In this document: piece after piece, positions 13,460 to 26,584 of the stretch | How positions within the stretch are numbered: the first letter of the stretch is position 1 | Layout: the number at the start of each line of letters is the position of its first letter | NCBI GenBank assembly: GCA_951406725.2 | Contig: OX597817.1 | Location: 133,672,001 to 133,736,000 of the forward strand | Origin: Octopus vulgaris | Lineage: Eukaryota | Length of the DNA: 64,000 bases | Direction: 5' to 3' | Notes under the pieces: model-generated | The model's input: the letters and a program-made list of their open reading frames with translations, nothing else | What the model was told of the DNA's origin: nothing | Databases searched by the model: none | Program-made: the position numbers and the translations under genes

Positions 13460-14280
13460 GCTTTTGTAGATTCAGAGTGGTTTTGTTGAAAAGCAAAAGT
13501 TGTGTTGGAATTGAAAGAGCTCAGTCAATGATATACAGGCACAGGGATTTGGGAGGTGTTCAGAAATAGGTAAGATCTGTGGAAATTGGTTAGTATGAAG
13601 ATTAAGGTGTGGGTCTAAATTACTATAAAAAATTTATTTGTGATGAGAGTGAAATCAGTTGTGAAAGAAGTAATGCAAGTTGTATCATAACCAGGCAAGT
13701 TTGCTGTTAATAAAGAAATCATGGTGGTTAAGTGGAAAATGTGTGTGTGGGGGGGCGGGGAGAAATCTTACCTAATGTTGGTAGTAAATCTTTGGCAAGG
13801 AATCTTGTATAAGTTACAGTTGGGGAAGTAGAAGAAGCACCAAATTTGCTGCTGTTTTAGCATAGTCAAGTTTAGAATTAATAACTTGCCAGGAATAATC
13901 TGCATAAAAACTGGTAAAATTCCAACTTAATGGTAAATTTCTATGTTGAAAGTGTTGAAGTTATAGATAAAGATTCAATCGCCATGTCTATACCTGTGGT
14001 GGGGTTAATTTGATAAGACAGTGATTTAAAGAACTAATGTGGATAGACAGAAGTGGGTTAGGTTAGATATAAGCAAGAGTGTGATAAGCAAGTTGAGTAG
14101 AAGGGATTAAGCTTATCAGGGATCGTTTAAAATGGGAAATAAATTTTAGCATCCCTACCAGTTGGGTGTGGAATAGAAGAATTGTAGGTTTTGGTGTCTT
14201 TGAGTAGGTATTTTTTTTTTGTCAGTAAAATGGTAGAGTCTTTGTTAATTGGGGCCATACATTTAACAAAACTGATGTAA
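13460..14280 (-). pseudogene. Possible highly decayed Penelope-like reverse transcriptase remnant
   Basis: Frameshifted fragments in the expected order: APINKDSTI (cf. KPADKG), NPTT, FFYFP (cf. FYLLPK), LPGY.DT (cf. LPSYIKDT), FN....LQ. Matches are weak. Confidence 0.3.
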
Positions 14281-14827
14281 ATATTCAAATGTTAGTTCAA
14301 AACTGACACCAATATTAAGATATGTTGTTGCATCTAATATTGTTTTAATTTTTATAGTAGTTCTGTTCTTTATATGTGATTCTGGTATCGTCATAGAGAT
14401 CCACTTCAGTGCTGAGATGTGATGTAAGTGCAATGAATTAAATGAAGTTGGGTTTCAATAAGTATTTGAATGTGAGGTTAACTCCATCACTTCACTCTGG
14501 AATTAGAACCATTATTAAAAAAGAAAATATGTTCTAGTGATATGATAAGACAAGCACAGTTATAGAGATATTGCATTAGTATTGACATGTATGTGTGTGT
14601 TTGTGTGTGTGTGTATGTGTGTGAATAGAGAGAAAAACAGATATGTGAAAAAAAACATTCAGACACTCTATAAAGTTGTTGGTATTTGGGAGTGCATCAA
14701 GCCATAGAAACAATGCCAAAGCTGAAACTGGAGCTCAATGTGGACTTGCAGCTTACCAGTTCCAGTCCAACTGTCCAATCCATGCCCGTATAGACAAAAA
14801 AAAAGATGTTAAATGACAATGATGATG

Positions 14828-14881
<54 letters not shown>

Positions 14882-16353
14882 GTATGTATATATGTGTGTG
14901 TGCATATATATATATATAAACATGCATGTATGTATGTATGGAACTGCATATTTAATGGTAGCCAGTAACTTCAGAGTTTCACCAAACAAGGCTTTTCAGG
15001 AAGGTATTAAATTTCAATTTCAGAAAGGTATTAAAAAGAGCTATTAGCACCAGTAATGAGATGTTATACTAATACTGAAGTTGATATAAGATGTTGCACC
15101 TTCCACCATGACAGGTGGCTGCTTGCACTGCTACAACAAAGTGACATCAATGCCAGCATTAAGAATGTGATGTTAGCACACCAACATTGTGACACTAAGA
15201 AGCTACTTCTGGCTAAATCTATCTCCACCGTGCATCTCAGCTGTAATTGAGTTTCCAGTAATGAATGATTGCATTTCATTAAACATTACATAACATCAGA
15301 TTCTCCTCCCACCCTATAAATTAATGAGACAGGGCTTAAATGCTCCAGCAGCACACAGTCAGTTCTGATGTTCAAAATCTCAAGGTTTTATGCAAGAACA
15401 GAAATTAAGAAAAAAATAAATAGGATTTTGTTTCTTAACTGATTGATTATTAGCCATAATCTTGATTGCTAAGGAAGATTGATTGATGGATTTGAAAAGC
15501 TTTCGCTTTTTTAATCCATCTGTTGGTTGTCAAGCTGAAGAATGTGTGGGTGAAAATGTTCTAAAATTCTCAGGAGTATAAAAGAGATAGAATTTATTTA
15601 TTGATGTTTATTTTTGCCTTAAGGGAACAGAGATTTCGTCTGAATGTACATGGATTTGTGTTAGAATATATTATTTAGAAACTGTGTATTTACCAGTGTC
15701 ATTTCCCAGTTGTGCACATGTGTGTGTGTACACATATGTGTGAGTGTATGTGTGCATTTCTATGTATATATAAACATGTACGTACATGATACTGTATAAA
15801 AGTATGAAGAGAGCTTAGTGTAAAAGAACCTTGTATATATGTGTGTGTAAATACTGACATTTAACTTTTTAATACTCATTTACATATATATACACACTAA
15901 CATGCACATCTATGGTAATACCTCAGAAGGGCCACAGTATTGAACAGTTTGACAAAATTCCATGAGTCAGAGGACAGCATCATGCTCCACTGTCTGCTTT
16001 GCCATGATTTCTATGGCTGGATGCATTTCCTAAAAGAACCACTTTACAGGGTGTATTGAGTGCTTTTGTTATTATGACAACAGCACTACTGAGGTCTTCA
16101 TGTAACTAACAAAACTAAAGACTATCTTCGACTGAGTGGAAGTATAGTAGAGAGAGGGGTGGCTTTATACTAGACGTTAAGAGGTTAAACTTTAAAAGAA
16201 GGGTAAGGAGCAAGTTTGTTGCTGTTGAAGAGGTACATGGCATATAAGGATGAGTGGGAGAGAAAATTACACTGCCCTAAAAACTGGTCATTAGGATAAG
16301 TTGTTGTAATAGAAACAAAAATGGAAAGCTAAAACACAGGGCAGTCCAATAAT

Positions 16354-16570
16354 TCTTTTCTACTCTAGGCACGAGGCCCGAAAGTTTTGGGGAGGGAGCC
16401 AGTTGATTAGATTGACCCCAGTATGCAACTGGTACTTAATTTATCGACCCCAAAAGGATGAAAGGCAAAGCTGACCTCGGTGGAATTTGAACTCAGAATG
16501 TAAAGACAGACGAAATACCACTAAGCATTTTGCACAGCATGCTAACAATTCTGCCAGCTCATTGCCTTTT
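16354..16570 (-). mobile_element. tRNA-derived SINE family A (MetaSINE-like central domain) with TSD
   Basis: Central GCCTTTCATCCTTT.GGGGTCGATAAATTAAGTACCAG; TSD AGTCCAATAAT at 16343-16353 and 16574-16584. Confidence 0.88.
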
Positions 16571-17214
16571 GGAAGTCCAATAATATTGAAACCATGTACT
16601 GCCAGTGCATTGTAGATTAGAGTACATGCTGGTAAAAATTAGTATTTTGCTCTGTGTGTGTGTGTGTGTGTGCATGTATGCATGTATGTGTGTGTGAGAG
16701 AGAGAAAAAGAGAGGTTGGGGAATATAAGGGGGAGGGTCAAAGAACTGTCCTTTCCTAGAACTCAGCATTACATAAAATATTGAAAACAAAAACCTAAAC
16801 ATTTGTGAGTAAAATATAAAGCAAAAGGAAGAAAAAAAAGCTACAACAAAAGCAAAAACAACCAAAACATCAAAAGACTGCAACAAGAACTACAAGTATA
16901 ACACTAATTGAATGCAGTGTATGGCATCTGTCAGCTCAGGAATTGTCCAGATTAGCACAGGAAGCTGTGACCAGCAAAAGCAATTATAAAGCTATTCCTA
17001 TGGCATGGTGCCAACAGGCTTCCACCACCAGTCAAACTTGATGGAGGTGAGATGCTAAAATTGCACATATACACACATAATATATGAGTATGTGACATAC
17101 ACATATATGTATACGCACACATTAATGTAGGGTTGTTAGGTTATAAAGCTATAAATAACAATATACATTTACTGCTGAAAGGACTCAATACTGGTCTCAG
17201 AGTCTAGTACATAT

Positions 17215-17368
17215 ATACATATATATATTATGCAATGTATATTTTCATATATATATATATATATATCTGTAATAATGGGTATATATGTGTGTGTGTATCT
17301 ATGTGGTGTGTGTATGTATATGTGTGTATATGTATATATATATATGTATATATACATACATATGTATT

Positions 17369-17420
<52 letters not shown>

Positions 17421-17421
17421 C

Positions 17422-17476
<55 letters not shown>

Positions 17477-17482
17477 CATACA

Positions 17483-17531
<49 letters not shown>
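17215..17531. repeat. Compound (TA)n/(TACA)n/(TG)n microsatellite
   Basis: Visible directly; explains six overlapping pseudo-ORFs. Confidence 0.95.
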
Positions 17532-18207
17532 TGTATAAGCATAATAGGAACAACATTAGAAGAAGACAGAAGCCCAATATGGAAAAAAGGCAACAAATAA
17601 ATTGCCATTATCTAAAGCAATCAATTATGTATTTATGTCTGTGCGTTGCGTTCATCTCTTCAATGAGCGTCAAGCTAGTAAGACATAAATGGGATGGGAA
17701 AAAATGTCTCTGTCTTTGAGAGAATTAGTGTTACTTTTGATGCCTCTTTTGGTCACCTGTTCGACTTATTTTAGTCTGCAGAACTAAGCATGATTAAAAC
17801 AACATCAATCTTTTGAAAGGCATTTACTTAAGGTGGGTTTTTGTTTGTGTGTTTGTCAATGTGTAACTATGTGTATGTTGAAAGTGTTTGTGCCTGGGTA
17901 TACGTATATACGTGTATTTGTATAAGATATATGCATATATAAATAGGTATATATGTTAATGAGTTTGTAGATTCATGTTTATGTAGGACTTTTAAAATGC
18001 ATATATATGCTTGTGTGCTTGTGAATGTAGATGTGTGTGTGTGAGTGTGTGTGTGTAAGCAGGAGTGTGTATAAGACACCTGTGCTGATACACACTCATG
18101 TATACAGACAGTTTTGTGCATTATTAATTATCTCTCTGTAGGTTCATTTACTGCTTTATATGACTTCATATGTGTGTGTATGCGTATTATATACATGTAT
18201 ATGTATA

Positions 18208-18256
<49 letters not shown>

Positions 18257-18411
18257 ATATATATATATATATATATACATATGTATATATAAAGAGAGAG
18301 ACAGATAGAGACATACAGAGAGGGGGAGAGAGAGATAAACAGGATAATTAAATAAATGAGTATGTAGCTTGATGAATCAGTTTAGACTCTTCTCTATATA
18401 GGTTAGAGTAT

Positions 18412-18467
<56 letters not shown>

Positions 18468-19409
18468 ACACATATGAAGACAGCTGCATAAGTGATTGAT
18501 GTTTCATCTTTCCTTTTCTTTTTCTCTGCAGACATGTCATCTTAGAATGATGGATTATTACTAAGAAGTCTTAATGTTATTTTTAACAATTCAAATCTTA
18601 TAAATGATTGTTTCTATTCATGTTAATGGCTGGGAAATATCATTTTAGTCAATCGTTTTACTGTTGGTAGAACGAAAAGCTAAACAAACTAAGATTCTCC
18701 CACTGTCTTGCTTTCTGTATAGGATGTTGTTGCTCGTGATGTATTTATGATTGTTGTTGTTGTTGGTGGTGGTATTGTTGTTGTTGTTCTGACCATGAGT
18801 AGTCATCACTCTGTGCCAAATACAAATGTCCTTCAACTGAAGGACAGTACATATGAGATGTTACAATGTTGAAAGACTGCTGTGGAGAAATACAGAACTT
18901 TAAATATATGACACTTGACAATCTTTGGCTCTTGATTTCATAACATAGATGAAGTCTTTTAATGGTAATGCTGCCATACAGAAACCATTACAACACATGG
19001 CTCTCTAATGAGATAGAGTTGCCTCCAGAATACTGAGAGAGCTTACCCAGGTTACTGGGTAAGCTCTTGTGATATGGAGAGATTGACTGTATGACATTTT
19101 ACACTTGGATCTGGCACCAGTGATATACCAAGAATTAAGTGATATACCAAGAATGAAGAATTTTACTTTTTGATATGGAAGGAACGGAGGAATTACACAA
19201 CTGAAGATAATGTAACTATAAATTTGTGTGAGGGGTAGCTTTAGTTCAAACACTTGACATTCTCACAGACAATACTTTCTTCATATTCTAACAAAAAGAT
19301 GTTTTGGAAAAATTGTTGCTTTTACTTGAAGACCTGTGTATGTAATTAAAGAGACTTGTTTAGAATTCTTAGAGTTTATTTATGAGGTTTACACTACAAC
19401 TGAAAATCC

Positions 19410-19708
19410 ATATCATGTGATAGATCAGACAATTGGATGCTATTATACATCACTGGTCACAATACGTTTTGGATCATTCTTTAGCTTTTGAATGATGCCA
19501 CACCATTGGCTAGGTGAGCAGGCCAACAATTCCCTTGATTGGAAGGCTAGTCCATTGCAGAGTTACCCATTTACAGCCGAGTGAACTGGAGCAACATCAA
19601 ATGTAGTGTTTTACTCAAGAACACAACATGCTGCTTGGTCTGGGAATCAAACCCACAATTGCTTGATCATGAGTGCAAAATCTTAATCACTGCACCATGC
19701 GCCTTCAT
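19410..19708 (-). mobile_element. tRNA-derived SINE family E
   Basis: Minus-strand head GAAGGCGCATGGTGCAGTGATTAAG..GGTTTGATTCCC; colinear with the plus-strand copy at 42071-42363. Confidence 0.75.
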
Positions 19709-20706
19709 GTAAAGAACCATATACAATGCCTTTATTATTTTTGGTTCATCACCAAGTCTCATATCTTTGTAGATATTGTGTATTGATTTCTGGTTTTCAA
19801 TCAACAGTACTACACACTCTTTGTACTAGCATGTGGCTGAGTATTCCACAGACTCTTGTACTTTTAATGTAATTCTCTAGCAAAGTGTAGGAACACTTTG
19901 GATTGATCCTGTATTTTAGTGTAAGTATCTGAGTAATTTTGTAAACACTTGTACACTTGTAATCCCCAGGCATATGTGTCACAAATATGACCTGTTGACT
20001 TACAAATAATATCAGGTTAGATAGGCTTCCATATAGTTTCTGTCTACCCAGTTTCCCTCACAAGACTTAGCTCGGCCTGAAGAAATGGTTGAAGGCACTT
20101 TCCTTTGGTGGGATTGAACTAGGGTCTTCGTGATTGAGAAGTGAACTTTTTAATCGTTCATGACTGTGTTTCATATAAGATATGAACTCTGCACTTTAAG
20201 CTGAAAAAATCAAACATTTTGTTAGACAGTTGCCACCCACCAAAACAAGGTTAGTTTGCAACCAGCCCCACTCCACTCCTGTTGAAAAATGTATATTTGA
20301 CTGTTTAGAAAAGCTATGTCATTAGGATTGCATTCAAGTATATCTTAAAATAAGTAAACACATATTTTAATCAAAGGTATTTCTTAAGAGAATTGTACTT
20401 ACAATATATTTTGCAGTTTGAAGATAATATTTCCCAAACTCATAGCAGTTTGAAATGTCAGTGCTTTGTTCTACATCATTAAGAAGCTGTGAGACAAATA
20501 TCTCCCCAGACAGCATGCTAATAATTACATTCCTAGATGACCAATTTCCCATTTTGTCCACTCAACTGAAATAATGGAGAATAATTGTTTTCCATAAGCA
20601 ACAATAGTACGCCTGCTGTGAATTTGAACTTGCACTCTATCAACTATTAGTCCAATATCATATCTCAAATTAATGAGATTAATGTCAAAAGTAAAGTGAA
20701 AGCAAT

Positions 20707-20914
20707 CCTTTCTACTGGAAGCACAAGGCCTCAAATTTGGGGGAAGGGATTAAGTTGATTGCATCGGCCCCAGTACATAGCTGGTTCTTAATTTATTGAC
20801 CCAGAAAGGAAGAAAGGCAAAGTCATCCTTGGTGGAATTTGAACTCAGAACATAATGGCAGATGAAATACTGCTTAGCGTTTCACCTGTCATGCTCACGA
20901 TTCTGCCAGCTTGC
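20707..20914 (-). mobile_element. SINE family A with TSD
   Basis: Colinear with the 16354 copy; AAGCAATC on both flanks. Confidence 0.85.
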
Positions 20915-21870
20915 AAGCAATCTTTACATATGAACCAATGAGACTGCCTCTGTGTAGTCATTCAACATAATAAGAATAGCAGACAATTCTCTGTTATATT
21001 CAAAAGAGAGGTACACATTAGATAATGTAGTCCTAGATATGCAATGTATCTAGCAAAGGACAAAGTTATCATGACTGGAACACTTTTTATAGCTCTGCTC
21101 AGGTTTAGAACTGATGACCTGTGAATTATCAGTACGTTGTGTACCTTTCAGCAACCCTGACATTTTAAATAGGAGAAAAGATAAAGAAATGTTTAAATAT
21201 TGAAAACTGTCATTTTGTATTGAGATATTATTAGTAAAAGTCTACTAAATATAACTCCATTATCTTGTAGGTTTTAACAGGAAAGTCTATGAAACACTTG
21301 AATAGTAGCATTGGTTATTTTGATCAATTTCTCTAAAAACTTGAAAGCAAAGATTTAATACCATTTGTTATTAATCTTTAAGCTCTATAATATGAAAATT
21401 GGTCAACCTTTGTGAAAGTTCATAAAAGCCTTTTGACACAATAACTCTACTAATGTAAGTCACCTTACTTCATAGTAACAACTCATTTTGTTTAAATAAC
21501 TAACCAAGAAAGAAAAGTGTTTATTTTGTATTCAGAGTTATCTGTGCCAGTGGGCGGGGATATTCATTGGTCTTGGATAATGTACATATTGCTTTAAGCA
21601 TATAAGATGATATTGATTAGCTACGACCAGATGTTTCCTCATTAACTAGGAAACACCTCACCCTTTTAACATTTTTTTTATGAAAGGAGCACCAACATGT
21701 AAATATTGATTACTTCATTTTTAACCTCATATTCTCAACAACCAAATCTTTCTCTCTCAGATTTTAGCTTCTTTCTTTTTTTCTTCTCTATTTAAAGATA
21801 TGATCCTTATTTATAACAGAAAGGACAACTATAAGAAACCATATGAAACTATTTACAACTGAGAGCTGGC

Positions 21871-21906
<36 letters not shown>

Positions 21907-22820
21907 TTCAGTTGATATTATATTTTTCTCTATGAGTTTTGAGTTTTACTTTTCATAAAATTGAACTGAACCAATTGAGGTGATATTAGTTTCTAGGCTG
22001 AGTAATTACAGATATATTACATCATTGACAGTCCGCTGTCATAGGCAAGACACTGAACCACTCCTTCCTTCACCCATTTGACAGTAAAGACAGTAAGAAT
22101 GAAGCAAGATTAGTTCTGTGAGTGAAGCACCAAATTACCTATAAATTGATGTGTAGATTGGTTTTATATAATTCCTCTCCGCTCACATGAGAACATATAA
22201 TTTGCTACAAAGAAGTATGTAATCAGTTCACATCTAGAATATTTATTATATTTAACTATACATGACCGTAAAGATTACTGAAAATTAACTAGTTACGAAG
22301 ATAGTAATGTAATTAACAACATCAATAAAACTGATTGATGAGAGTCAAAGATCTCTAATATTATTGAGACACTGTTCACATCTCTACAACACATTGAGAA
22401 GAATCTAGGCTTACCAATGACAAATGTCATTTTGTGTACTTTTATTTTTTGTAATTTTGGTAGTGGTGGCAACGGTGGTGGTGGTCATTGCTGTCGCAGT
22501 GGCGGCGGCGGCACTAGTGGTTGTGGTGGTGATGGTGGTGGTGATGGAGTGTTGGGTTAGATAGGCAGAAAAGGAACATGTGTACCCTTCTAACTATCAC
22601 AACAGTACTCGACGGTGGGATATCTATATTTTATAATATTGAAGTTTACTTGTTGAGCTAGGGCATTATATTAGTTTAAAGTTATGCTTTTAAGGATCTT
22701 TGAGTGGTCAGGGTACTTTTTACAGCATAGATTAGATATTGATGCATACGAATAATGTTGTAAAGTCATAGCACCAAAACTTGTTAACTCGCGTCCATTA
22801 TATTTTGGTGTACTTCAGGT

Positions 22821-23080
22821 CAGTGGTTTTCAACCACTTCTAACCCATGAACCTTTATGATTCCTATTTCACTGGCGTGCTTCCTCATAACCATTCCATG
22901 TTTAAAAAATCCTATCATATTTTTATAATCAAATATTTGGAATTGTGTAAAAAAAACAAGTGTTGAAATATTTTGTGTATTGTAGAAATATAACCTATTT
23001 ATTGCATCAATTTTAACAATAAAATGTTATATGGGGGACCCTCCCCAAGGGACCATTTGAACCTCAGTTGAGAACCATTG
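22821..23080. mobile_element. hAT (Charlie-like) MITE
   Basis: TIRs CAGTGGTTTTCAAC and GTTGAGAACCATTG; 8-bp TSD CTTCAGGT / CTTTAGGT; second family member at 43749. Confidence 0.88.
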
Positions 23081-23263
23081 CTTTAGGTCAAAGGTTAACA
23101 GTCAGCAGTTTGCAATATATACAGACATATGTTCTTTATAATTCATATACTGAAGATAAATATTTTAGCTGAATAACTAGTTCTCTACATCTGTATCTCA
23201 TTACAACAATGCATTTAGGTAAAACTCAGAAAAACAAGTAATACATTCTGGAATCAAGTATAT

Positions 23264-23478
23264 TCTTTTCTACTCCAGGCACAAGGCCCAAAATGTTTGG
23301 GGAGGGGGCGAGTCGATTAGATCAACTCTAGTACGCAACTGGTACTTAATTTTTAGACTCCGAAAGGATGTAAGGCAAAGCCAACCTTGGCAGAACTTGA
23401 ACTCTGAACATAAAGACAGACAAAATACAGCTAAGCATTTTGCCTGGCATGCTAACATTTCTGCCAGCTTGCCACCTT
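23264..23478 (-). mobile_element. SINE family A with TSD
   Basis: TSD TGGAATCAAGTATATT / TGGAATCAATTATATT (one mismatch). Confidence 0.88.
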
Positions 23479-23698
23479 TGGAATCAATTATATTGCTATA
23501 GTGTTGATGTCAATTATCTTCGGTCATCTCTGCTCCTACAGACCTGTGAGGAAAGACATTCGAACTTCATTGCCATATCTTCTATCCTGGACAACAGCAA
23601 ATGAGTATGATTTTTTTTAAAAAAGGCAATAGGTTTTGGTTTGAAGGAGATTTAGATGTTGATTTTTTGCAGGTCTCACAACCACAATGAGGTTTATT

Positions 23699-23936
23699 AT
23701 TTACATTATTTACATTTGACCAATATTTGTCCTCATCTTGTTTGTTGTTAACACAACATTTTGGCTGATATACCCTCCAGCCTTCATCTAGTGACTTGGG
23801 GAAATTTCTAATCTGGGTTCTTATTCCTAAGGTATTTTTCTATGTTATTAATATTATTATTCAGGTCACTGCCTGGAATTGAACTCGGAATCTTGGGGTT
23901 AGTAGCCTGTGCTCTTAACCACTACACCATATGCCC
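23699..23936 (-). mobile_element. tRNA-headed short element carrying a decayed hammerhead-like module
   Basis: Minus strand: GGGCATATGGTGTAGTGGTTAAG (A box) .. GAGTTCAATTCC (B box), later TAGATGA-A-GGCTG-gagggtatat-CAGCC-AAAA-TGTTG. Confidence 0.65.
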
Positions 23937-24078
23937 ATGGGTTTGTTTGTTGGTTGGATTGCTAGTCATGTGAGGCCTGATGAGATTTGACTTGAGAATG
24001 GTGAGCTATTAAATTAGATTAAATAAAACATATAAATCTACTACTACTACTACTACTACTACTAATAATAATAATAAT

Positions 24079-24288
24079 GGTTTCAAATTTTGCCACAAGG
24101 GCAGCCATTTGTGGGAGGGGATGTGTCGATTACATCGACCTCAGTGTTTCACTGGTACTTAATTTATCGACCCCAAAAGGATGAAAGACAAAGTTGACCT
24201 CAGCAGAATTTGAACTCAGAACATAGCAACGGTGGAATAACACTAAGCATTCCGTCTAGCATGCTAACGATTCTGCCAGCTCGCTACC

Positions 24289-24289
<1 letters not shown>
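24079..24289 (-). mobile_element. SINE family A embedded in (TAA)n
   Basis: Colinear with other copies; TAA tracts at 24063-24078 and 24290-24414. Confidence 0.88.
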
Positions 24290-24367
<78 letters not shown>

Positions 24368-25392
24368 GTAATAATAATAATAATAATAGTAATAATAATA
24401 ATAGTAATAATAATGTTTCATCTACATCAAACAAGAAGAAAGAGTCAAAGATCAAAGGAATTATTCATTATTTTTTAATTTAATTCATACTTGTAATAAT
24501 CTGGAGAAACAACTATTGTGTGTGTGTGTGTGTGCGTGTGTGGTAGTTTGTGGTTATGTAGTTGTGTGTGGTAATATGTGAACATACACGGATGCTGGTG
24601 GTTGTGTTTCACATTATGAAACATCTCAGTGGAAGAAATACCACAAAGCATCCACCTCAGAAGAATGAAAGACAAAGCTGACTGCATCAGGATTTGAACT
24701 CAGAAGTTAAGGAACTATATCTAGATACCAAGCTGTGTTCTAAGTTCAAATCTGACTTTGGTTGCCAACTTTGATATTCACCTCTCTTCTGCCAGTAAAA
24801 CAATAACCAGTAAGATATCAGTGTGAATCCATAATTATATTCTTTTGCTATTGGACATAATTAATACATTTACATTACTGTGTGTCAATTACTATCAGTT
24901 AGTATTTCTAGCTCTTATTATTGCATTAGAAACACTGTAATTAGTTAAAGTATAGTATTTCAATACATTATCACAGCAATTGCTAATAATTAGTCTAATT
25001 AACTATATTAATGGTACCTAATTACATAGGTATCATTAGTGTATAAATAAATGTATGTACAGCAGCATAGGAATGGAATTAGTAATAAAACAAACAGTTA
25101 TACTGATAGAAGCAGCACAACACATCCCTGATGAAGGCAATGAGGACATAAGCTGATAGAGAGTGGGGAGAAGGAGGAGAAGGTTGAGACAGCTTTGGTA
25201 ACAGTTTTGAAGGTGATGTTGTTGAGATAGTGAGATGATAGGCAATGGTGATGAGACGAGGCTTGCCATCTTGGTAACAGTCCTTATTGCAAATAAATGG
25301 AATTTACTCTTTAACTACTGCTGCTGCTACTACTATTATTACTACTAGAAGCAGCAGCAGTAGTAGCAGTGGTGGTGGTGGTGGTGGTGGTG

Positions 25393-25434
<42 letters not shown>

Positions 25435-26584
25435 TAGTTATGGTATTGCTCCGTTCATGGGTTGTTAGTTTGTATCACCCATGTAACTGTATTTTTGTGT
25501 CTACAAGTGTAAGACAATTCTGTCACTTTGGTAAAGTTTCCTGCAAAAAATTAATGTCTCATCCAGAGGCAAATTCATTTCATATATTTAACTATAGAAG
25601 TCAAGAGTTTAATTACCTAATATTATGGTTTGCTGCTGTCTTTGAAAGGATTCATTTGTATTGTTTTTCTGACCACCAGTCTCTGAAAAGTATCACTAAG
25701 TTACAAAGGAAGTTTGTGTATAAATAAGCATGTGCTCTGATGATTATCTGAGGTTGAACTCTGTGATTATTGTAGAAGTGAAATGGCCTAATAGGTAACA
25801 TTACACTACCTGCTCATGGTACGTAAGTTCAAATTCAGAGTCAGTGTTTCATTGTGTTTCTATGTAGTTGTTTGACATGCTACAAATGACTCTCAAATCT
25901 TGCAATGATTACAACCTGTTTTCATCTCTCACAGGAACTGTTCTTGTTCTTGGGTAGTAGACATAATCTGGCATCCAGCTTTGTACCCCATATGTGACCT
26001 GACCCTTGCATGCCTTTCCTGTAGAATCCACACTGTTGTAAACAATTGGGTCAGCTCTCTTTGATTCTTGAAAAACAGAAATGTCTAATTTTGTTTCTTG
26101 CTCTTTCTTGAGTAAATTCAAACGATGAGAAGGCAGTGTCTTTTGTGACTTACCATTGCTATGCTTGTTCTTTTACTTGGAGCTGGCTCATATCAAATAG
26201 CTCTCTTTGATTCACAATGTTGGCAAAAGGTCAGTTGTTGTTACCTTTGGAACTCAGAGCATAAAGAGCTAAAAGAAAGGCCACTAAACATTTTATCCAA
26301 CACATTAATAATTGTACTACTTCCCCCTCTTATTAATGGTTTCAGATGTTGGCACAAGGCAAACAATTTTGCTGGGAGGGTGTTAGACAATAGCAATGAT
26401 TCCAGTACCTGACTGGTTCTTGATTTTATCAACACTTGAGGAATGCAAAGCAAGGTTGACTGTGGTGGGATTTGAACTCAGAATGTAATGAGTTAGAAAA
26501 TATACCACTAAACATTTTGTCCAATGCTCTAACAACAACAACAACAATAATTATTATAATAATGATAATGATAATAATAATAAT

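Noticed and set aside
17169-17719. Six overlapping ORFs of 69-144 aa
   Set aside because: Translations of TA/TACA microsatellite.
23865-23936. tRNA gene
   Set aside because: A and B boxes are present but acceptor and anticodon stems do not close; it is a SINE head. The same holds for the heads near 39034, 42071 and 57349.
25287-25727. 146-aa ORF with poly-S/G
   Set aside because: Length is driven by trinucleotide repeats; no splice or domain support.
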